Source of the DNA: Cystobasidiomycetes sp. EMM_F5
Taxonomy: Eukaryota
Length of the DNA: 63,373 nucleotides
NCBI GenBank assembly: GCA_051047955.1
Contig: JBPGPT010000057.1
Location: 1 to 63,373, forward strand
Reading direction: 5' to 3'
Position 1 is the stretch's first letter, and every line of letters starts with the position of its first letter. This document shows, piece by piece, positions 12,391-25,860 of the stretch. Below the pieces are notes generated by a model that worked only from the letters and a program-made list of their open reading frames with translations, had not been told where the DNA came from and did not search any database. A program made the position numbers and the translations under genes.

Positions 12391-15300
12391 ATGGGTCGCA
12401 AGAGCCGCCATCACAGTCATCGACGATCGTCGTCAGTGTCGTCGGCAAGCTCTGCAGGGACAGTATCTTCCGACGATGATGCTAGTCACGACCGACACCG
12501 GAGGCCTGCATCGTCCAAGCATTCGAGACGTCGCAGATCGAGCAAGGAGTATCGTGTCAGTAGTCCAATTAGCCGACATCGCAGGCATAGGTCTTCCGGA
12601 TCCGGGCCTTCGAGGTATGCACCCACGCCATCTGTACCGCAGACGGCTTCTCGGCCACCGAAAATTGCAATGGTGTTATTGCTTGGACCGGATGAGGTCG
12701 AATTTACGCTAACTGAGCCGCAGGTACGTCGTCACATCTTCTGATTTCCCGATTACGCCAACCTTTGCCTGTACTCAGATACTCTATGACTCGCCTAACG
12801 ACCTAAGTACGATAGCTGCGAAGGCGCCGTAAACTCATATTTGTCTGACACATACATTGCATACAGCGTCTACATACTACGCAGACAACGGCGGAGAAGC
12901 CAAGTGAGTGTGGTCTGTAAACATTCCTTTCGCGGCATCTGCTGAAGCGCAGGAATACAGGACATATAGAATGCCGGACCGCGACGCAGCCATATTCGAG
13001 ATCATACACCGCTACATGAACAAAGAGCAAGTCATACCGATCCGACGGTCGATGTGTCCACGATACCTCTCGCTCGAAGCGACTGAGCGCAAACTTGCGG
13101 AGGAAGCCAAGTTTTATCGCTTCAGCAAGTTGTGTGCCTTGTTACCGCCTGTGCCAGCAGAGCCGAGGGATATGAGTCCGCTGCCCCTTACTGCAGCCCC
13201 TGCACCGTCTGTTCAGCTACCGGTACAGCCGAACTTTGACCCAGTCACGGGCCAGATGCTAGCTCCTTTGCAACCTTCATATGCCGGCCAGCCTGCCATC
13301 GATCGCTATCAGTACGCTCAGCAGGGAATTACCATGTCCGATAGTCGTCCAGGAAGCGTGCTCAGTCAAGCCAGCTTATCCCGTGCCCGCGGTAATGAAG
13401 CCAATACACATTCTTTACGGCCTTCCCATCCAGTTTTGGCTTCTAGTGCTGCTTCATTGGCGGAGTCTACGAACACACTACAGCCACCTGCTTCCGCGCG
13501 CTCTCAAGCTTCAAGAAGCTCGTCACGATCTCGTGCGAGTTCGCGAACGAACGCTTCATCAATTGCCGAAACTATTCCTCGAGATGCTCCGCGGGACCGG
13601 AGCCGAAGTAGAGAAGTCCATCCGCGTTCAGATGACAACCATCGGGCTAAAGATGGTGCCGATGACCGTGATGGTCACCGAGAAAGTGCCGAAAGGCGAC
13701 CGAAGCCATCCACTAAAACGGACGAGGGGAAAAAGTCTTCAAAAGAAGTCGCAAAGATCGTCGTAGATCCTCCGGCATCCCCAATACAACCTCAAAACGT
13801 TTTTGCATATATATACAGGCCTGGAGGACTCAGGCGAGGCGAGAAGCCATTTCCTATCATAGATTATCCGGATCTTTCGCCTCTGCCACACCTCTTCGTA
13901 AAAGCAACAAATGCAGAAATCAGGTGAGATGACTGCAGAGAAGGCTGTAGAGGCGTCAATCTGACTGTGCTGTTGCGCAGATTTTCTGCATTTCGCAATG
14001 CTGAAGACAACAGTCTGTTCGAGTTGCGGTATTCTATACGAGTCATCGACGAGCCAGCAACACGTGAGTCCTCGCCATTCTGTCAACGGCGTAGCTGAAC
14101 ACAATCATCGTAGGCGCGTTGGCATTTCGAGCAAACGATACTACAATAAAAGCTGTCGATAGCCACTTGCGCTTGAATGGCGCACTGAGCGATATTGAAT
14201 GTCGGGATATTCCGATACAAATCAAGCACGGTGCAGTATCGAGTGGAGATGTAGGTCTTGGCCCGGCGGGCGGTAGCTCGCCTGCGGATGAGAAAGGCGT
14301 TCATACAACCGGCTTCGACGAGCTCCTAGATATGATGACCAGCAAAGGCAAGTATGCATTCGCAAAGTGTGTCATGGTTCTGTTCATCTGACGAGTGAGT
14401 ACTACACAGGTTATGTCAAGTGGCCACGGATATGGCAAGACACGGTTACAAATATAACTCCGGTCGATTCACTGCATCAACGTGTCTGCCTCCCGATCTG
14501 CGAAATTCTCTTTGACGTTGAATTTCCAGAAGAAGCGGCAGCTGTCAGCGAACAAGTGGGAGGACGCGGCTTAACGTTGAACGCAGCAGAAGAAGGCGAT
14601 CTTGTCGTTCGGAACTACCGCGTCACCTTGCATAGCGTAAAGACGGAGACTCGGAAAATGAGGCGCCTGCTTGAGCTGGAAGCCGTCGACGGCCCGGCGA
14701 AGGAACCATCTGCCGAAGAAGTCGCGGCTATACTAGCAAGTCGATACACCAAAGCAACAGCAGCTGCTCTAGAGCCCTTCTCTGCGCCTATGCAACGTCG
14801 AGACAATCGAGCCAGCGCATCGTTTTTTCATCGTGGTGATGCGCATCATGCTCTGCATAAGCGTGTTCCAAGCCGAGGTGACGTCAGCTATCGCCACACT
14901 CGACCCACTCCTAGCTCTAACACGAGAGATCAATACCGTTCGCCCGACTTGCGGAACCTGCGCGCTGTGATGCAAGTCGATACAGATGATGCATCTAGTT
15001 ACATGAGTGATCGACCAGCTTCAGATTCGGGATATAGTAGCGGGCGCAACACCTCACAGGATAGGGCATATCGCCGAGCGCGCTCTGCAGAACCTAGCAG
15101 TCGATACCAGGGTCTCCGGGTGGACGACGATGAATTGTTGAGTACCTTCCCAACAGAAGATGACGATGATTTGTCCACTATCGGTCCCTCAGCATCTCAG
15201 CGAGGTGTCGACGATCAAGCGAGCAGCCACTATTCTTCAGACCATCAAAGCTCGCGTAGCTCACGAAGACGGGAGAAGACACCTCGTCCAGTCTCGGAAC

Positions 15301-15896
15301 AACCATCATTCTTAATTGAAGCGCATATGCCTGATGCCGAGCCGCAATCTAAGCGGGAAACGTATGAGAATGAGGGTGAAAGAAGTGGGTATCGTAACCT
15401 GGCGAGTCAGATGCGCAGCGGGATTCGCCCTCCTGAGCGTCAACAAGGAGCTACATCTCGGGAAGATGGTGACCGAGCGAGACATCATGAGCCCTCTTCC
15501 TCGCCACAACGGCACAGTCAGCATGCTGATCGCCAACGAACTGATTCTGATCGAAAGCCGCCTTCTCATTCGAAGGCCATCACAGGTCCAAAGTCTCCAC
15601 GCACACCTTATGAGTCGAGATCGCGTCCTGCGTCCCCTACTTCTCGCTATACCCGTGGCGAGTCAGCTTCGTACTACGGTAGTATATTGCGCGACGAGTC
15701 TACGTATTCTTGCGATGCCGCGTCGAGCAGATCTCGTAGTGAGCGAGACGTACGAAGGGAGACGTATCAGACGTATCATTCTGCGCCTGGCTTACGAGTT
15801 CCCTATCCGGATGACGACGCTGCTTCGGTGGCTGATACGGAGCTGACAGAGGCGGAAAAGATAAAAGCTCGAGCGATGAACAAGTGGACAAGATAA
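12391..15896 (+). CDS. BTB/POZ-like domain protein with long Ser/Arg-rich disordered regions
   Basis: Spliced FTLTEPQILYDSPN...DRDAAIFEIIHRYM...LAEEAKFYRFSKL resembles fungal BTB domains. Built from ORFs 12391-12744, 12908-13927, 14119-14391 and 14367-15896. Confidence 0.65.
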
Positions 15897-16034
15897 GGCA
15901 ATCGATGTCAGCCGTGCTCTGTCGAATGTTGTGCATTTGTCGGCGGGTTGATCAATCGCTAACACAACGACGGTGTGATATTGTGACTTGGCACCTCTGT
16001 GCGTAATATCGCTTTTTCGCGCTTTTCCGCCAGC

Positions 16035-16560
16035 CTACCTTTCTGCTTGGTCTTCGCCTGTATTGCGGGCTGCTTCCTTCCCAGGTTCACCAGCCTCGAC
16101 AACCTCGCACTTCTCCTTGCTCTTCTTGCTTGCATCGTTGTCGGCAGCTCTTGGAGAAGTAATGTCAGCCAAGCCAATAGACTTGACGATAAACGCGGCA
16201 AATGCAATGCTCAAATAACCTTTCGCTAGTGATGAAATCGGAGGAGCCTCTTTGTACGGATCTGCCGAGCCTTTGACCGCACCTGACATAATCTCGCAGA
16301 AGGTGCCCATGAGCTATTCAGTGAGCCAAACACTGAAGTCGGTCCGCTGGTCTAAGCTCTTCCAGCGATTCGTGACAGTATTCTACAAACTCACCTGTTC
16401 GGTGTGCCTCGCGCATCATCCTCACGGTCACATGAGAATAGCTCTTCAAGCTTGTCCTGCAACGATCCTAGCGCTTTCTCGCGAGGAGGGTCCTTAAACG
16501 TTGTCTCCACGTTGACCAAATCCTCCTCTATGCTCTTCCACTCATCGCGTCTTGTCTTAG
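16035..16560 (-). CDS. Hypothetical small protein, start uncertain
   Basis: Two open segments (about 16395-16557 and 16035-16315) are joined by a GTGAGT..TAG intron; no recognisable motif. Confidence 0.35.
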
Positions 16561-16949
16561 TTCAGGGTCGTTGTGCTCGTCGCACATCGCCAGGGAAGCG
16601 AGAAGCGACATGGTCTACAGGCTGACTTTTCAGTCAAGGATTAGTCGACATCGTCAGACAAGTTTCGGTACGCGATGCGTGGAGAATGGCGTCAGTCATG
16701 TCCAATATTTGCGACAAGTCAGTCTTATCAGCTCAGTCAATGTGCGGAGGATTCGGCGAGGATCGTAGCCAACAAGCTGTTGCGGGTGTAAAGCATGGGA
16801 ACGTTGCCGAAGTGTGGGGGCATCACATCTGCGTGAGAGTCGAAACCGCTTCCATCTTGACTGTAATGTTCTTATGACAGCCTCTATACTCTACGGCCTG
16901 ATCTATACTTGACTGTTGTTCTGATTGAGGGAATCCTGATGGCTGATGT

Positions 16950-18645
16950 TCATAATAATTTTCTGCCGGCGACGAAGACTGCTTTTCTGTCCGCAGGTGT
17001 CCCATTGCACCACCATTTCTCGACCAGTATTTCCATTGGCAGTCTGCCATTCTCATACGTATCCTCAAAGAGGTCCACCATACTACCGTCCTGCTCATCT
17101 CCCACCTGAATGAGCTGACAGTCGAAACTCTTGCCGACCTGAAAGTTGCCCATGATATTTTCCTTGTTGAGAGCTCGTGCTCCACCAAGTGTAGCAAGGT
17201 AGACGGCTTCCTTCCACGAAATATCTTGCCTCTCATTCTCGTTTGCCATTCTGCCCAGCGCTACGTCGACCACTCCATCTTTGCGTCTGCCTTCCCTTGA
17301 TCGAGCAGCACATACTGCCGCTCGCATACTCTCTTGTATCCCGATTGCGTACCCGCCGGAAATATCACTCCCGAGGCCTACTTTTGCCTTACCGTCCAGC
17401 GCTTGCCGGAGAGGGAATGGCCGTTCGCTAAAGTACATGTTTGAGAGTGGGCAGTGGGATATGGAAGACCCTCGTTTGGAAAGATGTGCGAGATCTGGGA
17501 GGGAGAGATGGGTGCAGTGTGCAAAGAGGGATTTGGACGTCAGCAGTCCGACCTGGGCGAGGGACAAGATCACAGGACGGGTCAGAGTACTGCTTGAAGA
17601 GTCTAGTGGTATGTGTGAACGTAGCGCACCTCTTCAAAGATCTCTGTATCCTCTCGATCTCCCCAGATACTCTTTGTGAATGCAATTTCATCCCCGCTCT
17701 CGCTCAGGTGACTCTGAACGTGCACGTCCTTTTCCCTTGCCATACTTGCCAGACTCTTCAACAACTCTTTCGAACATGTCGGGATGAATCGTGGAGTGAT
17801 GCAAGGTTCTACTAGCTTTTGGTGGGCGGGGGGAGAGGAAGAGTAGAGTGATTGCATAGCGTGGATGAAGCGCTCTGTTTCGGCAATGGAGGAAGAGGTA
17901 GTCTCGGTGTAGTAGCTGTGTCGTAATGACGTGTGTGAATGATTGGGGTATGGCATTCGGGGTTGACGTAGTTGTAGATTGTGTGAGTGGTTGTGGGAGA
18001 GTATACGCTCAGATGTGGGAGATGACGCACCTGCCTGACGAGAGTATACGCACTGTGGTGAGTTCTGGTCCATGTTTACCTTTCCGACGAGTGCCCGGAG
18101 TCCTGCGTCGTTGAATACGTTTGCAAGCATCAGGCTTGTCGTGGAGATGGAGTCAGCCTGAATGTGGATGATGCATTCGTCACCACACACTTTGCCTCTG
18201 TACTCAGTGTCCCGTACAGGGCTGCCATTGTCGTTCCGTGCTGAATCAACCTCTTTGCGAGTTGTGTATACACCCTTCTCCCCAGTCCGCCCACATCGGC
18301 GTCTATCCTCGACTCTGCCTGGAAGGTATACTTGTGCAGCCAGACCATGAGCGGTTCATCGAGAGCTGTCCCGGCGTACAAATACTGGGGAGCATGCAGA
18401 TGAGTATCGATGAAGCCTGGCAGGAGGAATGCATTGTGCGGTCTGGAGGGCCTGACGATGGAGACGGTGCTGTCAGACTGGGCAGACTGCAAAATGGAGA
18501 GTGCTTCGTCTGATGATGCGTCGAGGAGGTGGGTGATGATGCCGGCTGCGTCGACTGCGATAAGCGTCTTGTCCAATATCTCGAGCGCATTGTCGGGCTT
18601 TGAGTGGATGACGGTCCCGACGTAGACCAGGCGAGTGTCCGACAT
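16950..18645 (-). CDS. GUD1: Guanine deaminase (amidohydrolase superfamily)
   Basis: LPGFIDTHLHAPQY, ITPRFIPTCS, VQSHLSES, AHCTHL, HCPLSN and VGLGSDISGG motifs. Confidence 0.93.
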
Positions 18646-18911
18646 GGCACAGGGGGTAGGATAAGAGTATTTAAAAGATTATAATGATAGAATAGCTTCT
18701 GTTTAAATAATACAATATGCTGCACGTGATTGCAATTATTCACGCGACTCGCATTCCACCTCGAAGGGGTCTGAGCTTTTTCACTCGAGTTTAAACCAAT
18801 GCATCAACCTTGCAATGACACATGTCGCCTGACAGACGTGTGCATGTTCTGATTTGACTTGACTTGGGCAAAACACTCCATTCACACCCAGCACGGAGCA
18901 TCGCCGGACAT

Positions 18912-20554
18912 ATGATGCATGGACAGTCACACTACACCCAGCAGCACCACTCCCACCCACACCCTCACCCAGCCATGCCCTACTCGAGGGAAGAGCCCTA
19001 CACTCCACCTCACCGTGCATACGGCTACGGCGCTGCATTGCCGAGGGGTGCACAGAGGGAGCCTCCAGAGGGGACGAGCGATATTTACCCAACAGTCCCC
19101 GACAGCGTCTACTCTGCAAGCACTACCCAGCCATCAACGACCCCTCTCCTCGCAAGTCTGCCAATGCAGCCAGCCTGGTCAAACTCGTCGTCGGCGACGT
19201 ATGCAGAGCACGTACCACCCCCACGCGCGGTAGGAGAGAAGCAGCGTGCGTACGCCGACGAGCACGACGACGATGGAGTGCCCCTCTCGGCACTACACGA
19301 CTCGGTAAAGACTGCGCCAGTCACTTTTCCCTCAAACAATGTCAATACAGCAAACACGACCCTCGTGTCCATGTTTCGGGGGTACGGTACTCTCCACCAG
19401 ATGCTCTACCTCTCGACAGTCCTCGCACAATCAGCAGCCAGTCTGGTGTTGATCCTCGTCATCTGGCTAAAGATTCGGGCGGGGACTCCGGCAGTGCTAA
19501 AGTATGGCAACACAGACGACGAAGGGCAGGTCAAGAGGAGGAGTATTACAGTATACCTCGTCATATTTGCATTCGGGAGTGCCTTTGAGATTGTGACTGC
19601 CCTCGATGGATTACGGTTGAACAATACTATCCAGTTGATTGGAGTGTGCCTGTTTTCATTGGCAATGGTGGTGAGGAGCAGTCAGTTTTCGTCAGTCGCC
19701 TTGCCCATACTGAACCGTCATTGTGTAGGCCTACGCTGCGTTACTCGACGGACAGATTCACAACGCCATCACTCCTGTACTTCCCAACGACCCATGGCCA
19801 GCAGACCTCTACAAGTCTGTAAAGCCGTACGTAATAGCCATGCCGTGCATTCAAGCAGGCGCATTCATCGCCCTGTGCTACTTTACCTGGCTCCTCTTCA
19901 AAGATTTCGGATGGGAAGTCGTTCACCTCATCGGAGCAGACAGGAGAATAATCAGAATGTATACAAAGTATCAAATCTTCTTGACAATCCTCAAGTTCGA
20001 TTTCTTCTTCTTTGTCGGTTTCAGTATCCAATACATGATTCTCGTCCTCTCGACCCAGGAAGTGGAGGTGGGATGCTAAAACTTCACCGTAGGCCCAAGT
20101 GCTACTTGCTGACTGTCTCGTATACGCGCTATCAATCCAGTTTATAATCACTCTCATCGCTTTCCCAGTGACTATTGCCATGCTGGTGCTAGCTGTCGTT
20201 GCAGTCCGTCGAGAGATTAAATGGTTGACGTGGATCATCTTTTCCTCTGAAGTATCTGGGCTCGCATACTTTATATTCAAGCTCTACCGCCTCTTTCAGC
20301 CCTCACAATCGTTTCGATATCAGTGGACGAAGAAGACTTTGGCCGTCTTTTCGTCATTGGCCATTGCCATCCTCCTCACAACCATCATCTCGTCCATTCT
20401 ATGCTATAGAAACTATGGATACGGCTTGAAGGAAAAGATTCCAGGCTACTGGGGTGAACACAAGTCGAAGCGCAGACATCAGATTGCGAGAAAGAACTCG
20501 AGTGCAGCTCAGGGAGTGCTCGATAATAGAGAGTCGAGAATGTCGCTCGATTGA
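18912..20554 (+). CDS. UPF0658-type Golgi/multi-pass membrane protein
   Basis: DGLRLNNTIQLIG, DFGWEVVHLIGAD and YQIFLTILKFDFFFFVGF motifs; about 7-8 hydrophobic segments. Confidence 0.8.
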
Positions 20555-20850
20555 GATGAGAGTATATTGGCGCGCAGCGTAATCAGTATATTTAGCTGTC
20601 AGGTTTGGTATCTGTGCCGTTTGTCGGTGATGTCTTTCTGTTGTTGTTGTTGTATCGCCAGGCTGGCAGCATGAAGAGGAGAGAAAGCGCTGGAGTCGCT
20701 CAGTCATGGCTTGCTGTTTGTGATGCTGATGTCATGCCATGCCACGCTAAAGAATGGTTGAGACAGTACAACAACACGTGAAGATGGTTTCACTTGAGAC
20801 GGATCGGCACTTAATGTCCGACCGCACTTGCATCTCTATCCCCGTTCGCA

Positions 20851-22982
20851 TCAAGCCTCCTGCCAGTCAAGAGTCCCGACAATCAGACGTGTCCTAGGCA
20901 GTCGACCGGGCAGGGGAGATAACACTGTATACTTGTGCTTGTTGGTGTCTATGCTCGTTCTGTATTTGGTATCAGTTAACAGGCTTCTTTCCTCTTTTTC
21001 AAAGCATTACTCACATGTGCACGAAGCCCATGACAGGACTGCTGGCTACTTCCGCATCCTCTGCTGCTCGCGCAGCATCGACGGCGGGGTAAGCATATTC
21101 TCCAGCTTCTCCGCCATCCTGCTCTTCGCCTGCCGCGTCATTGCCGTCCACTTCTCCTGCAGCAGTTTCCCCTTCTTCCGTCTTTGCAGCCGCTGTAGCT
21201 TCTTCAACCTCCGCTCGTGCGCTCTTCCTCTCCCACGTTCCTTCGATCTGCGGTAGCGCTACGATCTTGCCCAGCAGTTCGCCAACACTCCCTGGTTCCT
21301 CCGGGTCAATCTCGACGAGTTGTGTATCCGAAATCAGGCGTGTGTGTCCTATCGGCAGAGCGGATAAAGGTACAGCAGATTCTTCGCCTACGCGGTTGAG
21401 CGAGAGGATGTCGAAGCGTATAGACATGCTGTGCGGTGTCAGTGATCCTAGTGATACAGATGGGCCGCCGTAAAAGTATGAACGGATCTGAGCGGCTTGT
21501 AGTCTTCGTTTGTACGCTGGTTCGTTGGGCGTGGCCTGTATGATCACACCAAAGCGATAAGCTTAGGTGCAATCTAGATGTAATGACTCACTCCGCCATT
21601 CTTGGGCACTCGTATGACGCTGACACTCTTGTTTGTGCTGACTAGCTTGACCATTTCTAGGTGTAATCGCTCATTTCCAACAACTAGAATGACATTGACT
21701 GAACGCAGACTCATCAGCATAGACACGAGACTGCACAGCACAATTATCGCGCTCACTCTCAAATTCCCTTACGCAGCGCTGCACCACGGCCGCTTTGTCC
21801 TTTTTAGCAAACTCGGCTGGAGTATCGACAATGAGACCACCTCGCCAGATTCCCTCGTCGCCACTCTCGTCGACTCGCCGCCTCACACAGTCGCCAAGCC
21901 GTTTCAAGAGAGCATCTGTTAGGCCTTCATTCTTGCCCCAGGATGTGCTCCCACAAAAGAAGGAAAGGCCAGAATGCATGGGCGATAGAGTGTAGACGTT
22001 GCAGGCCGGCTGCCAAAGCGGTTCGGTGGCAGAGGGTTGTGACAGTGGAGGTAATGATGTGCTATGTGTAGAGCCGAAGGGATGGACGGGAGTAGTTGTG
22101 GGAAGTATAGAAGTGATGGCGGCAGCGGACAGCGTGCCTGGTATCGTAAAGGCGCCCTAGCGAAGGACAGAGTCTTAGAGTCTTATTACAATACTATTCG
22201 AGACGGCAATTGCTCACATCGGACGGATCCAGGTTTACAAACAGCACTTTTCGACCAGCTTCGGCGTCTGTCCAGTCTCCATCTCTGCGGGCTCTTCCGG
22301 ACCGTAACGCCCAATTTATCAAGGATTTCGACAGTGTACTCTTTCCGCTGCCAGACTCGCCAATGATTAGCACACGCGGTCCGTAGGACTCGTCTTCCTG
22401 TTCGTGCTGTGGTAGCCGATGGACTGGATCATCCGGAGCGAGGAACGAGGCTGGCGGTCTGCACTTGATCCTGCCGTGTTCGAGTGCTAGATGAGCATTG
22501 TAATGTGACGGGACGGGTGTTTCTTCAGCAATATATTCGGTCGCACAAGTGCCTAGGATGTATTTACAGAAAATCAGAAAGTCAGCTCGTCAGGCTCGGG
22601 GAAGGACTACGGTATCGCTGGGAGGGAGTGATGACGGATTATGGACTGTAGCGCGATCCATCGATGGTACTCCAGCAGCATAGTTCGAGAGTCGTTTGCG
22701 CGGTAGCTCGTTGATGATGTCCCAACCGGATTACCACTCTGCATGCTGAATAACGAATATCAACTGCCCACTCATCTCAATCTCGCATCCAGTCCACGTA
22801 AAGACTGCTGCTCTGCATTCGTTGGTCAGCGGCCACTCGAGACCTGAAGCCAGCTCGTGTCCGAATATTTCTGCCGTGCCATTCAGCAGCCGGACGGAGA
22901 CGCCCTCGTCTGCTTCGAGCTCGATACGCAGCTCCTGTAGTGGCTGCACGACTACTCGCCGTGGTGTAGGCGGGGGTGCCAT
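20851..22982 (-). CDS. CLP1: mRNA cleavage/polyadenylation factor Clp1 (polynucleotide 5'-OH kinase family)
   Basis: ELRIELE..GTAEIFGHELA, AAVFTWTGCEIE, P-loop GESGSGKST, GGLIVDTP, VPKNGG, IRSYFYG and C-terminal LSPLPGRLP. Confidence 0.93.
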
Positions 22983-24000
22983 GGCAGTTTGTCGACGGGA
23001 GAGAGTCGGATATTCATTGATATGCGTCACTGAGGCAGCGGATATCTCCAAGTCGACCACAAACGACTGATCTAGGCGCTGATATGATTCCTCTTAATCC
23101 CTCAAAGTATACGCTGCCGGTCTGTTGCCAGCAGGTCTATCGATGGTGCAATTACGTACTGACTGCAGCTATCCAAGTCATGCACGCAAAGCGGGACTAC
23201 TGCATGCGTGCTGCCTAGTCCCTCGACGAATACTTCACTGAATCTACTACATCGCCATTGATCGTTGCTTCGCATTTGTCCTAACCACCGCGACTGCAGA
23301 ATTCGAGCAAAGCTGTCACCCGAGAGGTTGATAGACTTTGTCTTTATCTACCTCTTTCTAATGCACGTCCTTGGTTAAGTATGCACAGAAGTATCCGCTC
23401 TTGCAAGCAAGATAATTGGACTCTTACGAGATCTGTGCGTTATTAAGGAGAGCTCATATTTCTCGCATAAAACTCCTCGGATGTCACGCTGTACGCGCAA
23501 GTCCAGCCAACCCCATTCTACCTGGCTTCATAACCCATGACGCGCTAACACAATACACGGGATGATTGTCTGATCTCATTAGTCTTCTCTTCTCCCAGAC
23601 ATGCCATTCGCAATGGGCAACCGGCGCGCTCAGTGACATGGCGCATGAAGCGTCTATTGCAAGTATATGAGACCAGGTCGGAAGTGATTTTCTTCTATCT
23701 GCAAGCATAAGCGTCGACGGTAGGGCCTAAGGAAGGTCCGCCCCTTCACAGGCTTAGTCATCAAAGTCTGGCCCTGGCGTTCGGGACCTTTGCCAAGCCT
23801 TATCACGGGCGGGAAAGCAACGACCACCAGTGATGGATGGATGACAGCGGGCAATTGCTGCTGACACCTCTTGACGTTACACACGACCCCAAGTTCACAA
23901 AGTCTGGCAACGAAAGCAAACGCGCCTGCGCGTACCTCACGCGAAGATTCACCTCGAGCCTGCTTTATTACACGTGACACCGAAATCTGAAGCGATTGCA

Positions 24001-24417
24001 ATGCAAAGGTCCAGGTTCGTAGCGTATTGACCTTTGTAAGAATGTCGTATCTGACATGTACTAATTTCAACAGCGAGTCTGTCGATTCGACCGATACTGC
24101 CAGCTTATCTGGTTCGACGGTCGTTGAAAAGACCTGGACGAATGAAGAGGAGCAATACGCGAGAGCTTTACGCGAAGAAGACGACGTGACTGTTGGATGC
24201 TTCGGAAGAGCAAAGAGTCAGTCCATGGTGTCTATATCTAGGCATGCCGAGACGTACTGACGGACGTCCTTCCTACGATACAGATTCGTTCTCAACTTCT
24301 GATCGCAATGGCCGACCGCGGCGGACAGACACGCACATTTATGGACCGCTGTCGTCATCATGGGGTTCGACGTATCCTAAACGGCAGGCGACCGAATCGA
24401 ATTGCATCATCGCATAA
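24001..24417 (+). CDS. 96-aa three-exon protein ending in a CAAX box (CIIA); pheromone-precursor-like
   Basis: Exons 24001-24014, 24074-24216 and 24284-24417, with GT-AG introns carrying ctaat/ctgac branch sites. They total 291 nt in frame and end YPKRQATESNCIIA*. Confidence 0.65.
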
Positions 24418-24549
24418 TCTGTTGGCATTGTAGCAGTTGGGCAGTTGGGCAGCGGTCAGGGACAGGTGAAGGGGTCAAGGGAGTGGACATGTTGTTGTGA
24501 CAGAGTAAACACGATGCAATGCTATCTACACCGGTTGGGACGAGTGCTT

Positions 24550-25606
24550 CTATAGGACGCTTTTGATAACGTCGACGAGGCTGTTTTTCGGCACGTCTTT
24601 GAAGAGCTGCTGTGACAAGTTCTCGTCCTCTACTTCCTGTCCATCCCGCAAGTATACTGCGACTGGCTTTCTTGTAAAGTCGCTTCCGCCTTCGTACCAT
24701 ATACGAGTGAGGGTGTAGACGGTTGCATCTGGCTGACTCTTGGCCCAGGCTTGCTGCTCGAGCTGTCGAAACTCTTCAAGGGGAGTGTAGGACACATCCA
24801 GCTTCTTCCCGAGAATCTCTTCGAAAGCCGTAAGCTGCTCAGCTGGCTTCGCATTGATGCTCGCTACCCTCAAAGTTGCGTTGCGCGATGCTTCGGGAGT
24901 AAGCAGGCTGCTAACAAGGAATCGTCCAGTATCGGCGTATGTTGTTCCCGAAATAATGTGTTGATGGGCAACATCTATGGCGCCGACTATGCCGAAAGTG
25001 TTTTTGGAAGCATCGTAGCCGGCCAGACCACCTGCTCGTGCTTTGAAGAAGGTATCGAGAAATGGACCGGTGACGATGTAGGTGAACTCAATCTTGCCTG
25101 CTCGCGCTACTTCTTCAATGTGTGCGCGCGTCTTTAGCTTGAGTTGATGAGGGCGCTCTGCGGTATAATCAGCGATCCTCTTGCCTGCGGAACCTTAGCA
25201 TCTTACCGTGAGGCGAGGTTTTTGGGTCATATCGGATATCAGTGCCGTACTCAGATGGGTACAGACGGCGAGGTCGTCCAGAGGACAGCGGGGGAAGTGC
25301 AGCTATCAGGTCGACAAGTCGTGATTGGAGCTGCAGGGCATTGCGTCCGAGTGCAGACACGATGACGTCGTATTCTTTGAAGAGTCCACTGATATAATTG
25401 TCATCCTCCAGATCGCTAGCTATGACTTTGATTCCTTTGTCGCGGTAACCGTCAAAGATGTCCTTCTTTGTGTTTGCACTTTCGGGAGAGGTAAAAAAGG
25501 CAATAGTCTCGAATGACTGCGTGTTCTCGATGAGAGCACTCGCAATAGCCTTTCCAGCTGCTCCAGTGCTGCCCAGGAGGAGGATCTTTGGGAGTTTGTC
25601 AGCCAT
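24550..25606 (-). CDS. NmrA-like / isoflavone reductase-like NAD(P)-binding protein
   Basis: ILLLGSTGAAGKAI Rossmann motif, DVIVSALG, YPSEYGTD and TYIVTGPF. Confidence 0.88.
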
Positions 25607-25860
25607 TGTTGCGCTGGCAGTCAGGTCAGGGATTCTTGCAGCGGCCAGACGACAGTAAGAAGTGAGAATAGACCCTCCACTTGTCTCTAACTTGTCAGCA
25701 AATTGGTGCAAAGTCAAGCTGCATCTCCTTTACGCGGCTACTATTCGCCACATTGCGCTTTCATGCTGTCATCTGGCGTGCTGTTGGTTGACCTTTTGCC
25801 AATCCACAGGGCTGAAAGTAAACAACGACGACTGCTAATGAGAAGTATCTCACTGACAGC

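Noticed and set aside
22554..22771. Long CLP1 intron (about 218 nt) as a snoRNA host
   Set aside because: The C-box-like GTGATGA is on the antisense strand, and I found no convincing C/D or H/ACA layout on the sense strand.
16950..25606. Possible metabolic gene cluster (deaminase, membrane protein, reductase)
   Set aside because: There is no backbone synthase or shared pathway, and housekeeping CLP1 sits in between.
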